Origin: Eledone cirrhosa | Taxonomy: Eukaryota | NCBI GenBank assembly: GCA_964016885.1 | Contig: OZ024740.1 | Span: 46,500,001 to 46,564,000 of the forward strand | Direction: 5' to 3' | DNA: 64,000 nucleotides | Notes under the pieces: model-generated | Told to the model about the DNA's origin: nothing | Seen by the model: only the letters and a program-made list of their open reading frames with translations | Database searches by the model: none | Program-made: the position numbers and the translations under genes | Shown: positions 45,101 through 58,900 of the stretch, in pieces | Position numbering within the stretch: the stretch's first letter is position 1 | Layout of the letters: each line of letters starts with the position of its first letter

Positions 45101-48100
45101 TACTATAGCCACAACCCAGTCTAACAGAATTACAATGTAACCTCTACTATAGCCACAACCCAGCCTAACAGAATTACAATGTAACCTCTACTATAGCCAC
45201 AACCCAGCCTAAAAGAATTACAATGTAATCCCTACTATAGCCACAACCCAGTCTAACAGAATTACAATGTAACCTCTACTATAGCCACAACCCAGTCTAA
45301 CAGAATTACAATGTAACCTCTACTATAGCCACAACCCAACCTAACAGCAGAATTACAATGTAACCTCTACTATAGCCACAACCCAGCCTAACAGAATTAC
45401 AATGTAACCTCTACTATAGCCACAACCCAGTCTAACAGAATTACAATGTAACCTCTACTATAGCCACAACCCAGTCTAACAGAATTACAATGTAACCTCT
45501 ACTATAGCCACAACCCAGTCTAACAGAATTACAATGTAACCTCTACTATAGCCACAACCCATTCTAACAGAATTACAATGTAACCTCTACTATAGCCACA
45601 ACCCAGTCTAGCAGAATTACAATGTAACCTCTACTAGAGCCACAACCCAGTCTAGCAGAATTACAATGTAACCTCTACTATAGCCACAACCTAGCCTAAC
45701 AGAATTACAATGTAACCGCTACTATAGCCACAACCCAGTCTAACAGAATTACAATGTAACCTCTACTATAGCCACAACCCAGTCTAACAGAATTACAATG
45801 TAACCTCTACTATAGCCACAACCCAGTCTAACAGAATTACAATGTAACCTCTACTATAGCCACAACCCAACCTAACAGCAGAATTACAATGTAACCTCTA
45901 CTATAGCCACAACCCAGTCTAACAGAATTACAATGTAACCTCTACTATAGTCACAACCTAGCCTAACAGAATTACAATGTAACCTCTACTATAGCCACAA
46001 CCCAGCCTAACAGAATTACAATGTAACCTCTACTATAGCCACAACCCAGTCTAACAGAATTACAATGTAACCTCTACTATAGCCACAACCCAGTCTAACA
46101 GAATTACAATATAACCTCTACTATAGCCACAACCCAGTCTAACAGAATTACAATGTAACCTCTACTATAGCCACAACCTAGCCTAACAGAATTACAATGT
46201 AACCTCTACTATAGCCACAACCTAGCCTAACAGAATTACAATGTAACCTCTACTATAGCCACAACCTAGCCTAACAGAATTACAATGTAACCTCTACTAT
46301 AGCCACAACCCAATCTAACAGAATTACAATGTAACCTCTACTATAGCCACAACCCAGTCTAACAGAATTACAATGTAACCTCTACTATAGTCACAACCCA
46401 GCCTAACAGAATTACAATGTAACCTCTACTATAGCCACGACCCAGCCTAACAGAATTACAATGTAACGTCTACTATAGCCACAACCTAGCCTAACAGAAT
46501 TACAATGTAACCTCTACTATAGCCACAACCTAGCCTAACAGAATTACAATGTAACCGCTACTATAGCCACAACCCATTCTAACAGAATTACAATGTAACC
46601 TCTACTATAGTCACAACCCAGCCTAACAGAATTACAATGTAACCTCTACTATAGCCACAACCCAGTCTAACAGAATTACAATGTAACCTCTACTATAGCC
46701 ACAACCCAGTCTAACAGAATTACAATGTAACCTCTACTATAGCCACAACTTAGCCTAACAGAATTACAATGTAACCTCTACTATAGCCACAACCTAGCCT
46801 AACAGAATTACAATGTAACCTCTACTATAGTCACAACCCAGCCTAACAGAATTACAATGTAACCTCTACTATAGCCACAACCCAGCCTAACAGAATTACA
46901 ATGTAACCTCTACTATAGCCACAACCCAGTCTAACAGAATTACAATGTAACCTCTACTATAGCCACAACCCAGTCTAACAGAATTACAATGTAACCTCTA
47001 CTATAGCCACAACCCAGTCTAACATATTTACAATGTAACCTCTACTATAGCCACAACCTAGCCTAACAGAATTACAATGTAACCTCTACTATAGCCACAA
47101 CCCAGTCTAGCAGAATTACAATGTAACCTCTACTATAGCCACAACCTAGTCTAACAGAATTACAATGTAAACTCTACTATAGCCACAACCTAGCCTAACA
47201 GAATTACAATGTAAACTCTACTATAGTCACAACCCAGTCTAACAGAATTACAATGTAACCTCTACTATAGTCACAACCCAGCCTAACAGAATTACAATGT
47301 AACCTCTACTATAGCCACAACCTAGCCTAACAGAATTACAATGTAACCTCTACTATAGCCACAACCTAGCCTAACAGAATTACAATGTAACCTCTACTAT
47401 AGCCACAACCTAGCCTAACATAATTACAATGTAACCTCTACTATAGCCACAACCTAGCCTAACAGAATTACAATGTAACCTCTACTATAGCCACAACCTA
47501 GCCTAACAGAATTACAATGTAACCTCTACTATAGCCACAACACAGCCTAACAGAATTACAATGTAACCTCTACTATAGCCACAACCCAGCCTAACAGAAT
47601 TACAATGTAACCTCTACTATAGCCACAACCCAGCCTAACAGAATTACAATGTAACCTCTACTATAGCCACAACCCAGTCTAACAGAATTACAATGTAACC
47701 TCTACTATAGCCACAACCCAGCCTAACAGAATTACAATGTAACCTCTACTATAGCCACAACCCAGCCTAAAAGAATTACAATGTAACCCCTACTATAGCC
47801 ACAACCCAGTCTAACAGAATTACAATGTAACCTCTACTATAGCCACAACCCAGTCTAACAGAATTACAATGTAACCTCTACTATAGCCACAACCCAACCT
47901 AACAGCAGAATTACAATGTAACCTCTACTATAGCCACAACCCAGCCTAACAGAATTACAATGTAACCTCTACTATAGCCACAACCCAGTCTAACAGAATT
48001 ACAATGTAACCTCTACTATAGCCACAACCCAGTCTAACAGAATTACAATGTAACCTCTACTATAGCCACAACCCAGTCTAACAGAATTACAATGTAACCT

Positions 48101-51100
48101 CTACTATAGCCACAACCCATTCTAACAGAATTACAATGTAACCTCTACTATAGCCACAACCCAGTCTAGCAGAATTACAATGTAACCTCTACTAGAGCCA
48201 CAACCCAGTCTAGCAGAATTACAATGTAACCTCTACTATAGCCACAACCTAGCCTAACAGAATTACAATGTAACCGCTACTATAGCCACAACCCAGTCTA
48301 ACAGAATTACAATGTAACCTCTACTATAGCCACAACCCAGTCTAACAGAATTACAATGTAACCTCTACTATAGCCACAACCCAGTCTAACAGAATTACAA
48401 TGTAACCTCTACTATAGCCACAACCCAACCTAACAGCAGAATTACAATGTAACCTCTACTATAGCCACAACCCAGTCTAACAGAATTACAATGTAACCTC
48501 TACTATAATCACAACCTAGCCTAACAGAATTACAATGTAACCTCTACTATAGCCACAACCCAGCCTAACAGAATTACAATGTAACCTCTACTATAGCCAC
48601 AACCCAGTCTAACAGAATTATAATGTAACCTCTACTATAGCCACAACCTAGCCTAACAGAATTACAATGTAACCTCTACTATAGCCACAACCTAGCCTAA
48701 CAGAATTACAATGTAACCTCTACTATAGCCACAACCCAGTCTAACAGAATTACAATGTAACCTCTACTATAGCCACAACCCAGTCTAACAGAATTACAAT
48801 GTAACCTCTACTATAGTCACAACCCAGCCTAACAGAATTACAATGTAACCTCTACTATAGCCACGACCCAGCCTAACAGAATTACAATGTAACGTCTACT
48901 ATAGCCACAACCTAGCCTAACAGAATTACAATGTAACCTCTACTATAGCCACAACCTAGCCTAACAGAATTACAATGTAACCGCTACTATAGCCACAACC
49001 CATTCTAACAGAATTACAATGTAACCTCTACTATAGTCACAACCCAGCCTAACAGAATTACAATGTAACCTCTACTATAGCCACAACCCAGTCTAACAGA
49101 ATTACAATGTAACCTCTACTATAGCCACAACCCAGTCTAACAGAATTACAATGTAACCTCTACTATAGCCACAACCTAGCCTAACAGAATTACAATGTAA
49201 CCTCTACTATAGCCACAACCTAGCCTAACAGAATTACAATGTAACCTCTACTATAGTCACAACCCAGCCTAACAGAATTACAATGTAACCTCTACTATAG
49301 CCACAACCCAGCCTAACAGAATTACAATGTAACCTCTACTATAGCCACAACCCAGTCTAACAGAATTACAATGTAACCTCTACTATAGCCACAACCCAGT
49401 CTAACAGAATTACAACGTAACCTCTACTATAGCCACAACCTAGTCTAACATATTTACAATGTAACCTCTACTATAGCCACAACCTAGCCTAACAGAATTA
49501 CAATGTAACCTCTACTATAGCCACAACCTAGCCTAACAGCAGAATTACAATGTAACCTCTACTATAGCCACAACCCAGTCTAACAGAATTACAATGTAAC
49601 CTCTACTATAGCCACAACCTAGCCTAACAGAATTACAATGTAACCTCTACTATAGCCACAACCTAGCCTAACAGAATTACAATATAACCTCTACTATAGT
49701 CACAACCTAGCCTAACAGAATTACAATGTAACCTCTACTATAGCCACAACCCAGCCTAACAGAATTACAATGTAACCTCTACTATAGCCACAACCCAGTC
49801 TAACAGAATTACAATGTAACCTCTACTATAGCCACAACCCAGTCTAACAGAATTACAATGTAACCTCTACTATAGCCACAACCCAGTCTAACAGAATTAC
49901 AATGTAACCTCTACTATAGTCACAACCCAGCCTAACAGAATTACAATGTAACCTCTACTATAGCCACGACCCAGCCTAACAGAATTACAATGTAACGTCT
50001 ACTATAGCCACAACCTAGCCTAACAGAATTACAATGTAACCTCTACTATAGCCACAACCTAGCCTAACAGAATTACAATGTAACCGCTACTATAGCCACA
50101 ACCCATTCTAACAGAATTACAATGTAACCTCTACTATTGTCACAACCCAGCCTAACAGAATTACAATGTAACCTCTACTATAGCCACAACCTAGTCTAAC
50201 AGAATTACAATGTAACCTCTACTATAGCCACAACCCAGTCTAACAGAATTACAATGTAACCTCTACTATAGCCACAACCCAGTCTAACAGAATTACAATG
50301 TAACCTCTACTATAGCCACAACCCAGTCTAGCAGAATTACATTGTAACCTCTACTAGAGCCACAACCCAGTCTAGCAGAATTACAATGTAACCTCTACTA
50401 TAGCCACAACCTAGCCTAACAGAATTACAATGTAACCGCTACTATAGCCACAACCCAGTCTAACAGAATTACAATGTAACCTCTACTATAGCCACAACCC
50501 AGTCTAACAGAATTACAATGTAACCTCTACTATAGCCACAACCCAGTCTAACAGAATTACAATGTAACCTCTACTATAGCCACAACCCAACCTAACAGCA
50601 GAATTACAATGTAACCTCTACTATAGCCACAACCCAGTCTAACAGAATTACAATGTAACCTCTACTATAGCCACAACCCAGCCTAACAGAATTACAATGT
50701 AACCTCTACTATAGCCACAACCCAGTCTAACAGAATTACAATGTAACCTCTACTATAGCCACAACCCAGTCTAACAGAATTACAATGTAACCTCTACTAT
50801 AGCCACAACCCAGTCTAACATATTTACAATGTAACCTCTACTATAGCCACAACCTAGCCTAACAGAATTACAATGTAACCTCTACTATAGCCACAACCTA
50901 GCCTAACAGCAGAATTACAATGTAACCTCTACTATAGCCACAACCCAGTCTAACAGAATTACAATGTAACCTCTACTATAGCCACAACCTAGCCTAACAG
51001 AATTACAATGTAACCTCTACTATAGCCACAACCTAGCCTAACAGAATTACAATATAACCTCTACTATAGTCACAACCTAGCCTAACAGAATTACAATGTA

Positions 51101-54100
51101 ACCTCTACTATAGCCACAACCCAGCCTAACAGAATTACAATGTAACCTCTACTATAGCCACAACCCAGTCTAACAGAATTACAATGTAACCTCTACTATA
51201 GCCACGACCCAGCCTAACAGAATTACAATGTAACGTCTACTATAGCCACAACCTAGCCTAACAGAATTACAATGTAACCTCTACTATAGCCACAACCTAG
51301 CCTAACAGAATTACAATGTAACCGCTACTATAGCCACAACCCATTCTAACAGAATTACAATGTAACCTCTACTATAGTCACAACCCAGCCTAACAGAATT
51401 ACAATGTAACCTCTACTATAGCCACAACCCAGTCTAACAGAATTACAATGTAACCTCTACTATAGCCACAACCCAGCCTAACAGAATTACAATGTAACCT
51501 CTACTATAGCCACACCCAGTCTAACAGAATTACAATGTAACCTCTACTATAGCCACAACCCAGCCTAACAGAATTACAATGTAACCTCTACTATAGCCAC
51601 AACCCAGCCTAAAAGAATTACAATGTAACCCCTACTATAGCCACAACCCAGTCTAACAGAATTACAATGTAACCTCTACTATAGCCACAACCCAGTCTAA
51701 CAGAATTACAATGTAACCTCTACTATAGCCACAACCCAACCTAACAGCAGAATTACAATGTAACCTCTACTATAGCCACAACCCAGCCTAACAGAATTAC
51801 AATGTAACCTCTACTATAGCCACAACCCAGTCTAACAGAATTACAATGTAACCTCTACTATAGCCACAACCCAGTCTAACAGAATTACAATGTAACCTCT
51901 ACTATAGCCACAACCCAGTCTAACAGAATTACAATGTAACCTCTACTATAGCCACAACCCATTCTAACAGAATTACAATGTAACCTCTACTATAGCCACA
52001 ACCCAGTCTAGCAGAATTACAATGTAACCTCTACTAGAGCCACAACCCAGTCTAGCAGAATTACAATGTAACCTCTACTATAGCCACAACCTAGCCTAAC
52101 AGAATTACAATGTAACCGCTACTATAGCCACAACCCAGTCTAACAGAATTACAATGTAACCTCTACTATAGCCACAACCCAGTCTAACAGAATTACAATG
52201 TAACCTCTACTATAGCCACAACCCAGTCTAACAGAATTACAATGTAACCTCTACTATAGCCACAACCCAACCTAACAGCAGAATTACAATGTAACCTCTA
52301 CTATAGCCACAACCCAGTCTAACAGAATTACAATGTAACCTCTACTATAATCACAACCTAGCCTAACAGAATTACAATGTAACCTCTACTATAGCCACAA
52401 CCCAGCCTAACAGAATTACAATGTAACCTCTACTATAGCCACAACCCAGTCTAACAGAATTACAATGTAACCTCTACTATAGCCACAACCCAGTCTAACA
52501 GAATTACAATGTAACCTCTACTATAGCCACAACCCAGTCTAACAGAATTATAATGTAACCTCTACTATAGCCACAACCTAGCCTAACAGAATTACAATGT
52601 AACCTCTACTATAGCCACAACCTAGCCTAACAGAATTACAATGTAACCTCTACTATAGCCACAACCTAGCCTAACAGAATTACAATGTAACCTCTACTAT
52701 AGCCACAACCCAGTCTAACAGAATTACAATGTAACCTCTACTATAGCCACAACCCAGTCTAACAGAATTACAATGTAACCTCTACTATAGTCACAACCCA
52801 GCCTAACAGAATTACAATGTAACCTCTACTATAGCCACGACCCAGCCTAACAGAATTACAATGTAACGTCTACTATAGCCACAACCTAGCCTAACAGAAT
52901 TACAATGTAACCTCTACTATAGCCACAACCTAGCCTAACAGAATTACAATGTAACCGCTACTATAGCCACAACCCATTCTAACAGAATTACAATGTAACC
53001 TCTACTATAGTCACAACCCAGCCTAACAGAATTACAATGTAACCTCTACTATAGCCACAACCCAGTCTAACAGAATTACAATGTAACCTCTACTATAGCC
53101 ACAACCCAGTCTAACAGAATTACAATGTAACCTCTACTATAGCCACAACCTAGCCTAACAGAATTACAATGTAACCTCTACTATAGCCACAACCTAGCCT
53201 AACAGAATTACAATGTAACCTCTACTATAGTCACAACCCAGCCTAACAGAATTACAATGTAACCTCTACTATAGCCACAACCCAGCCTAACAGAATTACA
53301 ATGTAACCTCTACTATAGCCACAACCCAGTCTAACAGAATTACAATGTAACCTCTACTATAGCCACAACCCAGTCTAACAGAATTACAACGTAACCTCTA
53401 CTATAGCCACAACCTAGTCTAACATATTTACAATGTAACCTCTACTATAGCCACAACCTAGCCTAACAGAATTACAATGTAACCTCTACTATAGCCACAA
53501 CCTAGCCTAACAGCAGAATTACAATGTAACCTCTACTATAGCCACAACCCAGTCTAACAGAATTACAATGTAACCTCTACTATAGCCACAACCTAGCCTA
53601 ACAGAATTACAATGTAACCTCTACTATAGCCACAACCTAGCCTAACAGAATTACAATATAACCTCTACTATAGTCACAACCTAGCCTAACAGAATTACAA
53701 TGTAACCTCTACTATAGCCACAACCCAGCCTAACAGAATTACAATGTAACCTCTACTATAGCCACAACCCAGTCTAACAGAATTACAATGTAACCTCTAC
53801 TATAGCCACAACCCAGTCTAACAGAATTACAATGTAACCTCTACTATAGCCACAACCCAGTCTAACAGAATTACAATGTAACCTCTACTATAGTCACAAC
53901 CCAGCCTAACAGAATTACAATGTAACCTCTACTATAGCCACGACCCAGCCTAACAGAATTACAATGTAACGTCTACTATAGCCACAACCTAGCCTAACAG
54001 AATTACAATGTAACCTCTACTATAGCCACAACCTAGCCTAACAGAATTACAATGTAACCGCTACTATAGCCACAACCCATTCTAACAGAATTACAATGTA

Positions 54101-55950
54101 ACCTCTACTATTGTCACAACCCAGCCTAACAGAATTACAATGTAACCTCTACTATAGCCACAACCTAGTCTAACAGAATTACAATGTAACCTCTACTATA
54201 GCCACAACCCAGTCTAACAGAATTACAATGTAACCTCTACTATAGCCACAACCCATTCTAACAGAATTACAATGTAACCTCTACTATAGCCACAACCCAG
54301 TCTAGCAGAATTACATTGTAACCTCTACTAGAGCCACAACCCAGTCTAGCAGAATTACAATGTAACCTCTACTATAGCCACAACCTAGCCTAACAGAATT
54401 ACAATGTAACCGCTACTATAGCCACAACCCAGTCTAACAGAATTACAATGTAACCTCTACTATAGCCACAACCCAGTCTAACAGAATTACAATGTAACCT
54501 CTACTATAGCCACAACCCAGTCTAACAGAATTACAATGTAACCTCTACTATAGCCACAACCCAACCTAACAGCAGAATTACAATGTAACCTCTACTATAG
54601 CCACAACCCAGTCTAACAGAATTACAATGTAACCTCTACTATAGCCACAACCCAGCCTAACAGAATTACAATGTAACCTCTACTATAGCCACAACCCAGT
54701 CTAACAGAATTACAATGTAACCTCTACTATAGCCACAACCCAGTCTAACAGAATTACAATGTAACCTCTACTATAGCCACAACCCAGTCTAACATATTTA
54801 CAATGTAACCTCTACTATAGCCACAACCTAGCCTAACAGAATTACAATGTAACCTCTACTATAGCCACAACCTAGCCTAACAGCAGAATTACAATGTAAC
54901 CTCTACTATAGCCACAACCCAGTCTAACAGAATTACAATGTAACCTCTACTATAGCCACAACCTAGCCTAACAGAATTACAATATAACCTCTACTATAGT
55001 CACAACCTAGCCTAACAGAATTACAATGTAACCTCTACTATAGCCACAACCCAGCCTAACAGAATTACAATGTAACCTCTACTATAGCCACAACCCAGTC
55101 TAACAGAATTACAATGTAACCTCTACTATAGCCACGACCCAGCCTAACAGAATTACAATGTAACGTCTACTATAGCCACAACCTAGCCTAACAGAATTAC
55201 AATGTAACCTCTACTATAGCCACAACCTAGCCTAACAGAATTACAATGTAACCGCTACTATAGCCACAACCCATTCTAACAGAATTACAATGTAACCTCT
55301 ACTATAGTCACAACCCAGCCTAACAGAATTACAATGTAACCTCTACTATAGCCACAACCCAGTCTAACAGAATTACAATGTAACCTCTACTATAGCCACA
55401 ACCCAGCCTAACAGAATTACAATGTAACCTCTACTATAGCCACACCCAGTCTAACAGAATTACAATGTAACCTCTACTATAGCCACAACCCAGCCTAACA
55501 GAATTACAATGTAACGTCTACTATAGCCACAACCTAGCCTAACAGAATTACAATGTAACCTCTACTATAGCCACAACCTAGCCTAACAGAATTACAATGT
55601 AACCGCTACTATAGCCACAACCCATTCTAACAGAATTACAATGTAACCTCTACTATAGTCACAACCCAGCCTAACAGAATTACAATGTAACCTCTACTAT
55701 AGCCACAACCCAGTCTAACAGAATTACTATGTAACCTCTATTATAGCCACAACCTAGCCTAACAGAATTACAATGTAAACCTCTACTATAGCCACAACCC
55801 AGTCTAACAGAATTACAATGTAACCTCTACTATAGCCACAACCCATTCTAACAGAATTACAATGTAACCTCTACTATAGCCACAACCTAGCCTAACAGAA
55901 TTACAATGTAACCTCTACTATAGTCACAACCCAGCCTAACAGAATTACAA
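36151..55950. repeat. Array domain II (variants TAACCGCTA, AATCCCTAC, CCACGACCC+AACGTCTAC, AACATATTTA)
   Basis: AACCGCTA runs from 37375 to 55605. AATCCCTAC occurs at ~36887, 38520, 41213, 43551 and 45229. The CCACGACC/AACGTCTAC pair runs from ~42379 to ~55170. CATATTTAC occurs at ~47025, 49450, 50820, 53425 and 54795. Boundaries approximate. Confidence 0.8.
47700..55500. repeat. Tandem higher-order duplication, unit ~3.9 kb, with whole-monomer indels
   Basis: TATAATC at 48508/52350 (3,842), TATTGTC at 50138/54112 (3,974), TTACATTGTAA at 50342/54316 (3,974), and the 1-bp deletion CACACCC at 51511/55441 (3,930). The offsets differ by multiples of 44. Confidence 0.87.
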
Positions 55951-58900
55951 TGTAACCTCTACTATAGCCACAACCCAGTCTAACAGAATTACAATGTAAC
56001 CTCTACTATAGCCACAACCTAGCCTAACAGAATTACAATGTAACCTCTACTATAGCCACAACCCAGCCTAACAGAATTACAATGTAACCTCTACTATAGC
56101 CACAACCTAGCCTAACAGAATTACAATGTAACCTCTACTATAGCCACAACCTAGCCTAACAGAATTACAATGTAACCTCTACTATAGCCACAACCTAGCC
56201 TAACAGAATTACAATGTAACCTCTACTATAGCCACAACCCAGCCTAACAGAATTACAATGTAACCTCTACTATAGCCACAACACAGCCTAACAGAATTAC
56301 AATGTAACCTCTACTATAGCCACAACCCAGCCTAACAGAATTACAATGTAACCTCTACTATAGCCACAACCCAGCCTAACAGAATTACAATGTAACCTCT
56401 ACTATAGCCACAACCCAGTCAAACAGAATTACAATGTAACCTCTACTATAGCCACAACCCAGCCTAACAGAATTACAATGTAACCTCTACTATAGCCACA
56501 ACCCAGCCTAACAGAATTACAATGTAACCCCTACTATAGCCACAACCCAGTCTAACAGAATTACAATGTAACCTCTACTATAGCCACAACCCAGTCTAAC
56601 AGAATTACAATGTAACCTCTACTATAGCCACAACCCAACCTAACAGCAGAATTACAATGTAACCTCTACTATAGCCACAACCCAGCCTAACAGAATTACA
56701 ATGTAACCTCTACTATAGCCACAACCCAGTCTAACAGAATTACAATGTAACCTCTACTATAGCCACAACCCAGTCTAACAGAATTACAATGTAACCTCTA
56801 CTATAGCCACAACCCAGTCTAAAGGAATTACAATGTAACCTCTACTATAGCCACAACCCAGTCTAACAGAATTACAATGTAACCTCTACTATAGCCACAA
56901 CCCAGTCTAACAGAATTACAATGTAACCTCTACTATAGCCACAACCCAGCCTAACAGAATTACAATGTAACCTCTACTATAGCCACAACCCAGTCTAACA
57001 GAATTACAATGTAACCTCTACTATAGCCACAACCCAGTCTAACAGAATTACAATGTAACCTCTACTATAGCCACAACCCAGTCTAACAGAATTACAATGT
57101 AACCTCTACTATAGCCACAACCCAACCTAACAGCAGAATTACAATGTAACCTCTACTATAGCCACAACCCAGTCTAACAGAATTACAATGTAACCTCTAC
57201 TATAGCCACAACGCAGTCTAACAGAATTACAATGTAACCTCTACTATAGCCACAACCCAACCTAACAGCAGAATTACAATGTAACCTCTACTATAGCCAC
57301 AACCTAGCCTAACAGAATTACAATGTAACCTCTACTATAGCCACAACCCAGTCTAACAGAATTACAATGTAACCTCTACTATAGCCACAACCCAGTCTAA
57401 CAGAATTACAATGTAACCTCTACTATAGCCACAACCCAGTCTAACAGAATTACAATGTAACCTCTACTATAGCCACAACCCAGTCTAACAGAATTACAAT
57501 GTAACCTCTACTATAGCCACAACCCAGTCTAACAGAATTACAATGTAACCTCTACTATAGCCACAACCCAGCCTAACAGAATTACAATGTAACCTCTACT
57601 ATAGCCACAACCCAGTCTAACAGAATTACAATGTAACCTCTACTATAGCCACAACCCAGTCTAACAGAATTACAATGTAACCTCTACTATAGCCACAACC
57701 CAGTCTAACAGAATTACAATGTAACCTCTACTATAGCCACAACCCAGTCTAACAGATTTACAATGTAACCTCTACTATAGCCACAACCCAACCTAACAGC
57801 AGAATTACAATGTAACCTCTACTATAGCCACAACCCAGCCTAACAGAATTACAATGTAACCTCTACTATAGCCACAACCCAGTCTAACAGAATTACAATG
57901 TAACCTCTACTGTAGCCACAACCCAGTCTAACAGAATTACAATGTAACCTCTACTATAGCCACAACCCAGTCTAACAGAATTACAATGTAACCTCTACTA
58001 TAGCCACAACCCAGTCTAACAGAATTACAATGTAACCTCTACTATAGCCACAACCTAGCCTAACAGAATTACAATGTAACCTCTACTATAGCCACAACCC
58101 AGCCTAACAGAATTACAATGTAACCTCTACTATAGCCACAACCTAGCCTAACAGAATTACAATGTAACCTCTACTATAGCCACAACCTAGCCTAACAGAA
58201 TTACAATGTAACCTCTACTATAGCCACAACCTAGCCTAACAGAATTACAATGTAACCTCTACTATAGCCACAACCTAGCCTAACAGAATTACAATGTAAC
58301 CTCTACTATAGCCACAACCTAGCCTAACAGAATTACAATGTAACCTCTACTATAGCCACAACCTAGCTTAACAGAATTACAATGTAACCTCTACTATAGC
58401 CACAACACAGCCTAACAGAATTACAATCTAACCTCTACTATAGCCACAACCCAGCCTAACAGAATTACAATGTAACCTCTACTATAGCCACAACCCAGCC
58501 TAACAGAATTACAATGTAACCTCTACTATAGCCACAACCCAGTCTAACAGAATTACAATGTAACCTCTACTATAGCCACAACCCAGCCTAACAGAATTAC
58601 AATGTAACCTCTACTATAGCCACAACCCTGCCGAACAGAATTACAATGTAACCCCTACTATAGCCACAACCCAGCCTAACAGAATTACAATGTAACCTCT
58701 ACTATAGCCACAACCCAACCTAACAGCAGAATTACAATGTAACCTCTACTATAGCCACAACCCAGCCTAACAGAATTACAATGTAACCTCTACTATAGCC
58801 ACAACCCAGTCTAACAGAATTACAATGTAACCTCTACTATAGCCACAACCCAGCCTAACAGAATTACAATGTAACCTCTACTATAGCCACAACCCAGCCT

